Shown here in pieces: positions 38,930 through 51,222 of a stretch of 64,000 nt of DNA (position 1 is its first letter; the number at the start of each line of letters is the position of its first letter). The notes beneath the pieces are model-generated. The model did not search any database and was not told the DNA's origin. It saw nothing but the letters and a program-made list of their open reading frames with translations. The translations under genes were made by a program, and so were the position numbers. This DNA is from Glycera tridactyla (taxonomy: Eukaryota), in the NCBI GenBank assembly GCA_965644265.1, contig OZ286475.1:66650001-66714000 (forward strand), read 5' to 3'.

Positions 38930-40240
38930 ATGTTCAGCTCAAGCCTGACCTCTTGCCCGTTGTCTCCACTCACGGATCTCCATCTCAAATAATTCAGCTA
39001 CATTGAGGTGTATGATGAGTGGAACACATCTTTAGTGTATTCATACGCATCATCACTGGCAGCATTACCTCTAACCCATGATATATTCCTAGGATGTGCC
39101 CTGAATATCTCATGGGGGGGGGGGTGTTGCCTGTTTGCCCTACATACTGTATGAAGTACAAATTGCACATAATACAGTCGATGATGTTGCTGCTCTGGCA
39201 GGTGATGTTTTCTTTGCAAGTGTATTCCCTGCTCGTATATGTACTTTTGATCCTCCCTGTCTGGTAAAACAAAGGACATAACTTGCACCTTCTATGGTTG
39301 CATCGATTCTGAAATTGGCTGCAGGGGTGTCTGGCGGGTGATGTTTTCTTTGCAAGTGTATTCCCTGCTCGTATATGTACTTTTGATCCTCCCTGTCTGG
39401 TAAGACAAAGGACATAACTTGCATTTTCTATGGTTGCATCGATTCTGAAATTGGCTGCAGGGGTGTCTGGTACTGTTCTCTGCCTTTTCGGAGGTAAGCG
39501 AGCGTGTACTAATAGACTTTGGTTTTTGGTGTGCATGGACAACCTTCAACTCTGACAAAGTCTTGGTTGTAGATGACCTTTTGAGCAGATTCCAATGATG
39601 GTCTACCATTTTTCGCTGGAATGTGGTGATGTGGAAGGTGTCTCCTTCGTCATCTGTCTGTTTTGTCTGCTGTTTTTTCAGTCGTTCTTCCTGTTGTGCC
39701 AGTAAATCATGTCTCATCATTTTGGCTGATTTGGATAAAGCCTCAATGAGAATTGACAATGGGTACTGTCTCCGTGATATACATGCAGCATAGTATCATG
39801 TTTCCATCTACTGCATATATGGCGTTTCCTCAGTAATGAATGGCAGTTCCGCAGTATTTGGCTGTATGGGATGCTGCCCTTACAATGTGATGGGTGCACC
39901 GATCTGGAATGTAGGTAGGTCTGACTGTTTGTTTGTTTGCTATACAGGTCTGTCCACGATGCCCCTTCTGAATCAAGATGTAGAATAGTGTCGAAAAAAG
40001 TATTGCATGTTGCGAGGCCTCCATGGTGGAGTTCATGGTTGAATGAAATCCATCAAGAAACTCTTCAAAGTTATCCAATTCATCACGACCATGTGTCCAA
40101 ATGAATCTAATGTCATCCAAGAAGCGTTTATAGAAGATGGGCCGTTTTGGATGAACACATTTTTCCTCAAGGTTGGCCATGAAGATATTTGCCAGGCTGG
40201 GTGCTACCCTTTTTACAAATGATCGCCCTAAGACCTGTTC
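38930..40240 (-). mobile_element. Penelope-like element fragment (RT C-terminus and GIY-YIG endonuclease)
   Basis: YKRFLDDIRFIW, HPSHCKGSIPYSQILR, CNHRRCKLCP, ITCQSSNII.CI.C...QYVGQTG. Confidence 0.88.
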
Positions 40241-41759
40241 AGTACAGGCTAACCACAGATCTGATAAGATATGGCAACTGAGGCACCTTGAAGTTTACCG
40301 TCACATTTGGATTTGACAGAAATAATGTACAACCAGGCCTTTGGGCCCCACGAGAACAGCTGCGATAGGCAAACATGGAATTTGATTGATGTCATGATCT
40401 GTTGTCACCATGATGTAGGAGTGATCATAAATGAAAACAATTATTCACGGGTTCAATCCATGATGAGGTGGTTCAACAAAGAAGAAGCCAAACACACTTC
40501 AATTTATCTAGTCAATGCAAGTTTTGCTGCCTTTATTTCAAACTGCCATGTTTGCCCCTGGTGGCAGAACATATGCAACTGAGTCTCATGGATTTTTAGC
40601 CTCTAAAATACTGGTGTTTCACCACTTATCGCTTCTCACCCCACTCACAATAATAATCCCAACTATGTGATTAAATCATGGCTTTCTTCAGAGAATACCC
40701 TCACCATGTTCAGTACCGAGGCTATTATCGGAACTGATGCTTGGCTACGGTTTTCTCACGCTCCTCCACGTTTTCTGGGGTCTGCCCGTGCTTGGCTGGA
40801 TAGGTATGCGTTTTTGCTCCCGCGATCGCTGGCGCCTTGCCGCTCCCGGTGGATTCATCCTGTGATCCTTGGCGCCTGGCCGAGGTCTCACTGCGCCATC
40901 AAACGTAGCGGAATGCCACCGGGCGCCGCTGAGCGTACTGATACTGCACACCTGGTAGTGACCATGCTTCTTGGCGCTTCAATGCGCTTGCCTGCGGCAC
41001 CCCTGCACTCCCAAGTGCCTCCTCATGCCTTTTCGCGCTTGCCTACATTTTAAGCAACTACTTGCACTCGTTCACGTAAGTTTTGAACATGCTTGTCCGC
41101 GCTTCTTCACGATTCCCTTGGCGCTCGACTGCGTTCAGCCAACGCAGTCGAGCGCGAGCAGGCGCCGGGCCTATGCAAGGGCTGCTTAAGAGCCCGAAAC
41201 ATATCAATGTCACACTGGTTTCACAGTTAGTGCGCCTGCCGTATCTCCATTGTTTTACTACAAATAAACGCCGATAATGCCGGCAGATTCGCCGAGGAAT
41301 GCAATGAGATGATGGCGCATCCTCTTGAAAAGCATGCAAACTGTCCGAATACAAGGTTCGATGATTGCCAGAAGATCTTGACAGTCATTTCATGCTATTA
41401 CTTCCCGAATCCGACAAGAAATCGCGAATTTAGTGCCTGAAACGTACCGACCACAATTGGATTTGACAGAGTTTATCCAACAAAAATCAGTATCACACCG
41501 TTAGTGGATATTTCCATGGAGGATATTGACAGCCACTAGAATCATTTCATTATTGATGATTTCTCTGACGTTTCATTGACATGCTATATCTATGTTTGAA
41601 TAAACTTTTCGTACTAACTTTTTGGTCAATTGTAATCCTGGTTATATTTCATGCAATAAATGCCTATCACATCTTATCATATCTGATCTGATCTTATCTT
41701 TTCTCATATGGTACTGAGTTCGGTGCTATACGACCCCAACAATGGTGGGAATTATGGGA

Positions 41760-41915
41760 GATATGGCCATCGATTTGAAAACGCATGACCCAAAGATGAA
41801 ATGAGAATTACTGGATATGGCCATTGGTTTGAAGCTGTATGACCCTGAAATGAGATGAATTGATGATATGTCCATCGGTTTGAAGTTCTATGACACTAAG
41901 ATGAAATGAGTGACT
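41760..41915. repeat. Three diverged ~51-54 bp tandem units
   Basis: GATATG.CCAT.G.TTTGAA....ATGAC....GATGAAATGAG repeated. Confidence 0.75.
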
Positions 41916-42709
41916 TGATCCACAATTGTGTCACCTAGGAGTGGATGAGCCAATTACCCACTGAGACCTTCTGAGTTTCTTTTGAAATATTGGTCGTCGG
42001 GGAGAAAGGGTGGATGAATCAGCATTGAACCAGGTCACTAACTATCCAGAATGACCTTGAGGGTAGAATACCAATCATCTGAGAAAAAAAGGTTGTGAGA
42101 ACCTATTTCTCGCACACTTGGCTTGTTTCCCACACCGGTGGTTTGTTTGTATGTTTTGTTGAGTGTTTGACGTCACGTCAGCTCCATCCGTGCTATATTG
42201 TGACGCCCATGCAATGGGCATGGGTGAGATCGTTCAAGACTCCTCCTTCTGGATCCCTAACAGAAGGCAAAAATTTATGAAATTCACAGACGCTCGAGGT
42301 GTCATCTCTAATGGGCTACACAGCAAGTCTTGTAACGAGTAAGACCAGTGGTAGAAATCAGTTGCAAGATCACAATCGATCATCGGTTGGGCCTTTCCAA
42401 CTAATTATCGGTTGAAATCTGTTACAGAAAAGGTGGAGGTTGTAACACGAACTTTGAAAGCGCCACCTGTGATTGGTCATGTGAGCTACAAGTGTACTTC
42501 TGCTGCCACCAGTGGTCACACTATAAAGTAAATAACAGCTTCAGGATAACACAATCCTAAACTACCTCATCTGCCTAAATATCGTCGATATGATATTTGT
42601 ACTGCTGTATATCACAAAATTGGTTCAATTTGTGTGCCCTTCTCTCAAGATGGATCATAGTGAGGCAAGTAGATTGAATGAGTCTCGGAAGGAATGCTAA
42701 GGAAATTAT

Positions 42710-42741
42710 TATAGCAAGACTATATGGTCGTGAAGTGAAAA
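42710..42741 (+). mobile_element. Isolated left end of an H1 element
   Basis: TATAGCAAGACTATATGGTCGTGAAGTGAAAA. Confidence 0.65.
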
Positions 42742-45700
42742 TACTATATCTAATCTTCACAGACACACTGATCATATCATCCAATAACAAGAGATAAATG
42801 TTGTTGAAGTCTTCTTTATTGGTCAGCCACCAAGAGAGACAGATTGAGTTATGCATACATGAATGCATACTTAGAAAGAAATCCCCATGCTTCATATTTG
42901 TTGAAATTACACAGAGTTTGCCCTCAGGGAAATGGCTGGTAGCTGCCAGCAGGAAAGATGGTAGCCCCGGCTCAACATCAACTTCTCTCACGCTGTACAT
43001 TTCTTCGGTCTCCCCAGTTATCACTATTGCAACTTTGCTTGCAACACAATATCTGGTAATGATTTTTAACGACTGCTGAGACTACAGAACAAGGCATGCC
43101 AGATCATTTTGAAGGCTGACTGTGAAGCACCAAAGAGATGAATTCTGTACCAAAATGGATTAGGTAGGCATGAACATCCATGCACTGCATTCTACCAGGG
43201 TGTTCATAACCTTGCCCCCCCCCCCCCACCCCACTCGAATGAGCCCTATGCTAGGAGAGTTCCCACAACAAGGCCTATCACAAACAGGCGAAACAGAAAT
43301 TTCCAAAATATTCCGGTGTCCACCAACGTAATAGCCAATTGATGACTCACTGGTACTCACTGGCCTTCTTGTCTCAGTATAAAATGCTTGCTAACCTTCC
43401 TATTTTTGAGAGCAGATCAAGAGAAATAGTCCATGTCCGGTTACATAGTGATATTTGGTCATATCCATGCAATGTCTATGTATCATGTCAAAGATGTAAG
43501 TTGTATTGCTCCATACACTATTGTTGACAGTCTCTGATAAAATCCTGCACTTATACTCGCGTGAGTATCGACTCTGAGAAATCGACTCATGAATCTGTAT
43601 CTCTATTTATATAATTGTCAAGTTTTTGAATGATATTGTATGTTGAGCTTGTATGTGGGGGAGATGAGTGTCATCCACTTCTTGCCGACTGATGATTTTC
43701 AAAGCCTTTGAAGCTTTTTTGAAACCGAGATTGTGAGCTGGAAGCGAAAAGGCCTGTCTCAGCAATCGAAGCTGAGATTAGTCGGAAGTGTGACTAACTC
43801 CCCATGTAACTTTAAATTTGAAGCGATCTCTTCAGATCAACCAAATTATGACCAAGAAAGTGTAAAGGCAGTGTTAAATGGAATGCTCACTTACTGCATT
43901 GGATATGGTCCCTTTAAATAACCACAGAGTTCCCTGAGTACTTTCAGAACTTACCAATGTGACTTTTTCATGTTTCTGACATGGGCATATGAAGGCGGCT
44001 AACAAAAAGGAGCAGTTAGGCTGGTTGATCCAGGAGAAAGAGAGACTTCACATCATGAAGACAGACATTTGCCAATGTGTCTGTCGAATTGCAAAATATC
44101 AAAATTATTCCTGAAAAATATCACCCAAACAGAGTAGCTGAAATGCAGGGGAAATACATATTGACAATGTCAATGAAAGTAAAGGGGCCCTTGGCTGTGA
44201 CTCAATGTGTCTAAATGACCCAGTTGTCAAACCTGTTCACCACTCACCTCATGTTCCTTCTCGAACTCATTTTATCCATCAACAATTTTGACCAGTCAGT
44301 GAGTTGAGATATCAACAGATAGACTTGCACCTATGCATTCACCTGCACATGGACACTCATCCTACACTCAGTCTTTTTTTGAATTCTTCAGATGCACATG
44401 TTTTCTGCATCATTGGTCAATCACATGTGAGCCTACCTGGATATATATAGCCAGGTACCTGAATAGGTACAGGTTGTCCATACACATCCAGTCCCAGACA
44501 TATATGCACAAGGAACAGTCATGGTGAGAGTGTGAAACTAGGCAGACCTGGGAGCCTGGTATCCTCTCTCAACGTACGGATGACACATGCATGGTCATGG
44601 TCATACAAACAAAAGGCAATGGAGAGTACACAAATACATGGGGCCATGAGTATGATCATATACACAGAGTTTCAATGGAGAGACAGTGAACTATCCACGA
44701 ACATCCAATAGATACAGGTTTCTATGAGACACGAAGATGACAAGAGCCATTCATCAGTGTTTTGTTACTTTATCCATTATATCTAATGAACTCTCACTTT
44801 CTGGCGAAGAACCAGGAGAAGAGTCTTGAATGATCCCATGTATGCAAATTGCATAAACCAGATAGGGCTCGTTAGATGTGGAACAACCAACAAACCAACC
44901 GATCATATGATATACTCTTCATATGTGAGACATGAATGAAATGATGACGAGGGTTTTTTTCTGAGTATGTGACACCCATATTCATCCCCATCACATAGAT
45001 GTCTCCATATAGCCCAGATGATGAAACAATTGATCCACCAACTGACTAGCCATGAGGGGGGGAAGAGCAGAATGTCTACTCTAAACCTTTTTGCCGACTT
45101 TCTGAAATCTGAAATGACTGCCCCAAAAAAACCAGAATTTGGAGTGAAAGGAGAGGTGAGAATTGCTCCCACTTGGCAGGAAAGATCAGCTCCAGATAAT
45201 GGATTTGAAGACTCAAAAAAAATCATGCATGTTGAATACAAGGAAAACTCTTGAATGAGATCTTGAACAGTGATTTGGTGACCTTTTCTATTCCCGGTAT
45301 TCGGAAAAGTGGTGCACCCTGTTTTGGTATCCACCCTGGTGTGGTAGGATGGGTCTATGGATGCTCACCTTGGTCAAAACAGTTTCAGGGCAATTCCTTC
45401 GATAGTTTCTTGGCTAGCAATTTCGAACTTGCAAGGCACCATCTACATTGCGGCAGTAATCATGTGGTCCAAGATGGCCCAAGTGAGAATCAAAATCAGT
45501 TTCTGGACATACTGCCGGAATGATGAGGCTATGAACTCAATCATTGGTCAGCGCTATACCTATGATGAGAATAGGCTTGTTTTTTCAGATTCACATATAT
45601 CAACATCTTCATCATTATTGTTCCTTCAATATTGCAGGTCTATTCGCCCGGGTTTCTTCTCTAGAGATTGAAACATTCTTCAGGTGCATAGCAGACACCC

Positions 45701-45784
45701 GTGAACGAGCTTTCAGTCACAGAGTGTCAAACCATGACAGGACATGAAGCATGTGCTAGTCAGGTGTTGAACTGTATAGCGAGT

Positions 45785-48700
45785 TCATTTTATACTATTT
45801 TCAGTTTTGTACATTATTTTTTTCTGTGACAGGCATGCACTCGACAGGGTATTTGTACTCACTGACTTCGTCCTATTCCCAAAATCTCTGAGGAACCATA
45901 ATGTGTGTATTACGGGATTTGTTACAGCATTCATCGGAAGTATTGAGATGGTAACCCATTCAATTGCCCGAGTGAAGAAAGTGATCTCAGTCCAGTAGCC
46001 AAATACAAATACTGAAAGTAAGAAAGTTGGCACTACACTAATGATGATCACAGCAATCATCTTCATGATGAGAAACTTTTCAGATTTTGACATTGGTCTT
46101 CCAGCCGCTCGACGAACAGTCTTCATTTGGTGAACCATTCTCCATATAAGCAGTGAAATACCTATGAATTCGAGGATGGTTATGCTAATATCAGTATAGA
46201 TCATGATGCTCACTTGTGCATGTGCCACGTCAAATGGTGATAAACAGTTGCACATCTTGTTGCCTCGCCTTACCCAAATGAAGTTCCCCACAACCAGTGA
46301 TACTTGGGATGACCAGCCAACAATAGCGAATGATTGGATCCATTTAAATTTTTCTCTCACTTTCAGTGGTGCCCAAACAATAAGAAAATGTATCATAACC
46401 AATATCAATGTTGTTAAAAGTGAGCCCCTTAGTGATAGGGATGTTATCAATATTAGTATCTGACATGTCAGGCTATATGTCCAGTGGTCTCTATTCAATG
46501 GGAATGATTCACCAAACCATTCATCATGTATCACCAACATCAACAAATATACACATATCAGGAAATCCAAGCTGTGTAGTACGACCTTGTTCCCCTCACT
46601 TGTAATTTTGCCCCTGCAGCTTCTGACTTGGGTAAGAAAGGCAAGCAAATTAAGACAAGCTGTGATGACAATATAGAAGTACCCAATGATGTGCAAACTG
46701 TTTGTCTCAATCAGGTGATTGCATGAGCTAACAGTCTCAATCACTGGGTGAAAACCAAGGATAGTTTTTGGAACAAAGCACTCAACTCCTGGTATATCGA
46801 TGTACAAGCAATGCAAAGTTTGTGAAAACAAGAATGTAGAACCGTCCATGTGTGCGAGATTATTGTGTAAAAGATTGAGAGATAACAATTTGGGAAGACA
46901 AGCAAACATGCCTTTAGGAATAGTGAAGATGGCATTATCCATCATATTTAGATGTTTCAAGCTAAGGAGGCCAGAGAATGAATGCGAATTCAAGTAACGT
47001 ATGTCTTGATATGAAAGATCCAAACTCAACAAATGATTGACTCCAACAAATGCCCAATTCTCAATGACGCTTATTTCATTATGATGTATATGAATGTCTG
47101 ACAATGATACCAGTCCGTGGAAGCTCAAGCTTGTAAGAGTAGATAGTCTATTGTTGGAGATGTCAAGAAGGCTCAAATAGCAAGTTGTGAAAAAAGGTGA
47201 TTCTTTCAAATGAATGACTGTGTTATGTGAGATATTGAGATGTAATAACTGCTTAAGACCAGATAGAGTCCATTGCTTCAGTTCAATGAAATTGTGACTT
47301 AGGTCAGCACCTTTCAAGGAAGGATGGTATTCAGGAATTCTGTATTGACCAGAACTCCTACATTTGAGAAGCATACCAATGCATATACAGCGAGAAGGAC
47401 ACTCTGGGATGGAGCAATGTGTTTCATCATCACGTGACCGAGCACAATGAACTTCCCCATCACAAACCTCTGGCCAGCCAACACACAATCCTTCTTTGCA
47501 CCTTAAAAGCCCTGCACATGAAATCACATGGCAATTCTTTTCATCTTCACCTGATGGACAGTCTTTCTGTCCATCACAGACAGTATGATATGGTATGCAG
47601 TATGACTTGAAGCATTTAAACATTCCAGGACATTTGTGATGATGACAGAACCTGAGGTTACTGAAGATTGGTACAATATTATCACGTCTGTCGAAGAGAC
47701 AAGCTATGTCAGTAGACAATGTTGGCTGCATGTCAGATTCTGTCAAATACAGTCCGTGTAAAACTTCATCAAAATATTCTTCTCTTGGTTGGCTATGACA
47801 CAGCTGTTCATCATATGCATCCTGGCAGTCAGCAACACCATCACATACCTTTGAGAGAGGTATGCACTTTCCTTCAACACATTGAATATGAAAAATGCTG
47901 CATGTACAATGAGGTTTCTCACAATCAGTGAAACAAATTTCAGCATCTTTGTTCAGTATGGATCGACATGGAAATTCACATCCAGTTTCGTCGGAATTGT
48001 CCATGCAGTCTTTTACTCCATCACATGTCCGATGCTTGATTATACATTCTCCACTATTGCATTTGAGCTGGTTTCGATGACATTTTCGTATAGTATCTCC
48101 ATAAAGTAATTTCGTAGCAGTAACATGTAGCTCATATTGGTTGGAATTGCAGTTCAAAGGCGAGATACTCCAAACTGGATGCTCATAGGTTGAAATCTCA
48201 TGAGGAACAATACAGGATGGCTTATCCAGGTGTATGCTGATGCCTGTTTGTTGGAGGTGGAATGGTATCTTGCCGAGATACTGACTCAAAAGCATAGCTT
48301 CCCATGAGCCAGTGAAATCATAGTTTTGGGAGAAATCTAGCATGTCATCTCCAGAACAACTATCAACTTGTAGTTTCATCTGTGATTCAACCTTAGTTTC
48401 TCTAAAACAAATATGGTTTTGGATGATTTTGTAGATTTGGCAATCAACATGCTTTGTCCAGATGACATGATCATCAAGCCATTGTCGCTGAATGAAGGTA
48501 CAAAAGTGCTGTGTTCGCAAGCAGTGCTTCAATAAGTGCCACGTGGCAGTTCTAGTAATAATGTTAATGAGATGACTTGTCATTGGCTCTTGTCTATAAT
48601 ACCATTCTTCCAACAATATATGCAGTTGTTGTTGCCGCATAATATGACCTATTCTGTGAGAGATGTTGCTTGAAAATGGCTTTCTTGTCTCCATGTTTAT

Positions 48701-49210
48701 ATAACTATGACTGGTGTTGTATACTCGGTAGCATCTATCTTTGATCAATATCCAATGTTTTCGACAGACGTTGGCATCTGATTCCCCGTGGAGAAGAGAG
48801 AATGATTCATTTTTTTTCTTTGAAACAAATATGCTGGTCTTTTCAGAAATATTATTGTGTAATTGCTCAGCTGAGTTGTGATCTTGATGATTCAGGTTGG
48901 ATGGTGATTCACAAACCAATACTGTAACTCTGTGTTGCTTTTCACAAGGAATTTTGATCCATTCCATCATTTCAAGATGGGAACTCTTCATCCAAAACCA
49001 TGTGCATTTTCTTCTGTCCTGACCACGAGTGGGACAACTTGCATTATTGTGCAAGGCATAATCCGCTAAAAATTTCCCATTGAAGAGCTGTTCGATTACT
49101 CCAGTGGCATTCTGTATAGTATTTCCATATATATGCAAAGCTGATTTTTGAAGATAGGTGTCTTGTAGAGAGATTGTGAGAGGATTTCCATCAACCCACT
49201 GTTCACCATT
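45785..49210 (-). CDS. Terminal exon of a GRL101/RXFP-like LGR GPCR (CTL-like, about 4 LDLa, LRRs, 7TM)
   Basis: 1117-aa uninterrupted ORF; acceptor TTTCAG before 49210; LDLa e.g. CDGVKDCMDNSDE; LRRNT CPSRCIC; LxxLxLxxN repeats; LGR-type TM2-3 (DFLICVYLL...W..S..C); NPVI in TM7. Confidence 0.92.
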   Translation of the reverse strand, partial: NGEQWVDGNPLTISLQDTYLQKSALHIYGNTIQNATGVIEQLFNGKFLADYALHNNASCPTRGQDRRKCTWFWMKSSHLEMMEWIKIPCEKQHRVTVLVCESPSNLNHQDHNSAEQLHNNISEKTSIFVSKKKNESFSLLHGESDANVCRKHWILIKDRCYRVYNTSHSYINMETRKPFSSNISHRIGHIMRQQQLHILLEEWYYRQEPMTSHLINIITRTATWHLLKHCLRTQHFCTFIQRQWLDDHVIWTKHVDCQIYKIIQNHICFRETKVESQMKLQVDSCSGDDMLDFSQNYDFTGSWEAMLLSQYLGKIPFHLQQTGISIHLDKPSCIVPHEISTYEHPVWSISPLNCNSNQYELHVTATKLLYGDTIRKCHRNQLKCNSGECIIKHRTCDGVKDCMDNSDETGCEFPCRSILNKDAEICFTDCEKPHCTCSIFHIQCVEGKCIPLSKVCDGVADCQDAYDEQLCHSQPREEYFDEVLHGLYLTESDMQPTLSTDIACLFDRRDNIVPIFSNLRFCHHHKCPGMFKCFKSYCIPYHTVCDGQKDCPSGEDEKNCHVISCAGLLRCKEGLCVGWPEVCDGEVHCARSRDDETHCSIPECPSRCICIGMLLKCRSSGQYRIPEYHPSLKGADLSHNFIELKQWTLSGLKQLLHLNISHNTVIHLKESPFFTTCYLSLLDISNNRLSTLTSLSFHGLVSLSDIHIHHNEISVIENWAFVGVNHLLSLDLSYQDIRYLNSHSFSGLLSLKHLNMMDNAIFTIPKGMFACLPKLLSLNLLHNNLAHMDGSTFLFSQTLHCLYIDIPGVECFVPKTILGFHPVIETVSSCNHLIETNSLHIIGYFYIVITACLNLLAFLTQVRSCRGKITSEGNKVVLHSLDFLICVYLLMLVIHDEWFGESFPLNRDHWTYSLTCQILILITSLSLRGSLLTTLILVMIHFLIVWAPLKVREKFKWIQSFAIVGWSSQVSLVVGNFIWVRRGNKMCNCLSPFDVAHAQVSIMIYTDISITILEFIGISLLIWRMVHQMKTVRRAAGRPMSKSEKFLIMKMIAVIIISVVPTFLLSVFVFGYWTEITFFTRAIEWVTISILPMNAVTNPVIHTLWFLRDFGNRTKSVSTNTLSSACLSQKKIMYKTENSIK

Positions 49211-51222
49211 CTGAAATCATACAGGTGATAACATTCATTCTCATGAATGGCAGTTACCTAACTGTGTTCTTTGAACCAATATGAATCGCTTTTTCTGACA
49301 TCTTGATTCATAACCATGTGATGATTTGAGAGTGAACCCTGGCAGATCGAAAAAGCCTAGATGGATTACATACCTTCCCTTAAATCGATGAAATGGCTGA
49401 GCTCATCCTTCATGAGTCTGTGATGACAGCATCAGAACAATTGAAATTCGGGAGCCCTGCATCCGACTCCTGATTGATATGACCAGAACTACACTTCTAT
49501 ATGACATTTATATTCCTAAAACCCACCTTTTATAGCATACCGATGATATCTTATGTACTCAATGATCGCTGAGGAGAACCATTGGTGTAGTCAATAGAAT
49601 GGCAGTCATCATATATACACATACATTCTTTTTGTGGTTAGCATTCACTCCCAGAAAAAAATACGAAGTAGATACTGTAGGACAAGAGCAATGTGCGCAA
49701 GACTTTTGTCATCTGGTCCCTTCAGTATCAGGAACAGGTGAAATATTGTATACATAAGATATTTTTACGGCATGTGTTCGACGGAATACAAGTGAAGACA
49801 TGATGGATCAATAGTAGGCCAGAGTGCCTAATCACGCTGTCTTAGCTTACTAAGGGTTACATCTATCCCATGCTTATTGTGGGAGTGTGCCTGCCTGACA
49901 TGCATACATGTGTGGATGGGTAGACCCCCTAGTGGTGCATGTATGTAAGCCAGTGTCTACCTGTGTGTGTGTTTTTGTATGTGTGTGCGGATAGCTGTTC
50001 ATCTATGTCTGAGCGAGTGGGTGCATGCATGCATGCATCAGTGGGTTTATGTGTTATTGATGCGTAGATCTTTGTGCATATGTACATGTGTACATGCACT
50101 GGTTTGAGTGGAATGGAGAGGGTGGGGGGGGGGTAAGTGGTGTTTAGTAGTACCTCCCAGAGAGAAGGATCTAACATGATATTCTCAGTATGTTGCTTTG
50201 TTTTGTTTAAGAAGTCTTCATTCACGGACCAATTCATATGAGAATTCGAAACCTGAGGGTTCGATTTCCAACCTGGCCGTGTAATTTGTTTGCACAAATG
50301 ATATGGGTTAGTATCAGTGCAAGCCCTGTTTATGTTGCCAATGTGGTGAATTCTTGTATCATTTGTTTCCAGCTAATAGAGATGTGCATAGACTCTCAAA
50401 ACAGTGTTGATCTCAGTATGTCTGCAGCAAAATGATATAATAGTTTCACATGTACATACACGGATATATATGTATTGGACAATTATTTCAGCATTTAATT
50501 ATATCCAAAAATGATGAAGTAGCTTTGTCGAAAAACGTACTGCACTCCCATAATTGTGGTGGTAGTGCATTCCAGATTCTGGGCCCCTTCATCGACAATG
50601 CATTATTTGTTTATTGTTAATTTTGCCTTAATTATTTTTAGCAATTTCTCAGTTGACTGACGCATGACCACATTTGCAACATTTTTCTCATATTCAAGCT
50701 TCTCCTCAATATACTCAGGTAGCTGACCATTGAGTCCCTTGAAAATCAGTATCACATTGGTGCAAAACCCCTCATGTGACCATCAAATGAATAGTTTGCA
50801 GTCGTATCCCTACCAGGATAGAACATGTGCATTGAATTCTGGCAGTCATGCCCCTATTAGTCCAGAATGAATTCATAAACACAGTGATTATCTGAGTTAG
50901 TTTTTTTGTGTACATTTTCTGGTACACATATGCATGTCATCACTTGTACCAACAGGCTGTTCAGTCGAGCTAACGGAGAAAACGTTCACCAAATCCCCTA
51001 CCAAATATCCTCTATCTTAAGAGTGTCAAAAAATGAACGAGGACCCTGATTCCGCTACGTATCGTTAGCGATTGTTAGCTGCATCTGAACTGCCTGCAGT
51101 AGCAACCTCTGTTCCTCCACTTGTTCTTGGCTTTGGTTTGGGCTTGATGTAGATCTTGAGAGAGGACATGATCGGGAAGATGGGATCACACTCGTGCTTT
51201 CTGCATGAAGATATTTGCTCAC

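Noticed and set aside
40667-41354. ORFs in the GC-rich block
   Set aside because: Expected from high GC content; no domain signature in any frame
42575-45750. Short ORFs downstream of the receptor (possible paralog or transposase debris)
   Set aside because: No motif could be assigned with confidence; needs a profile search
51055-51222. C-terminal tail of the 816-aa ORF
   Set aside because: Follows a strong CAG|GTGAGC donor and is low-complexity; interpreted as intron read-through
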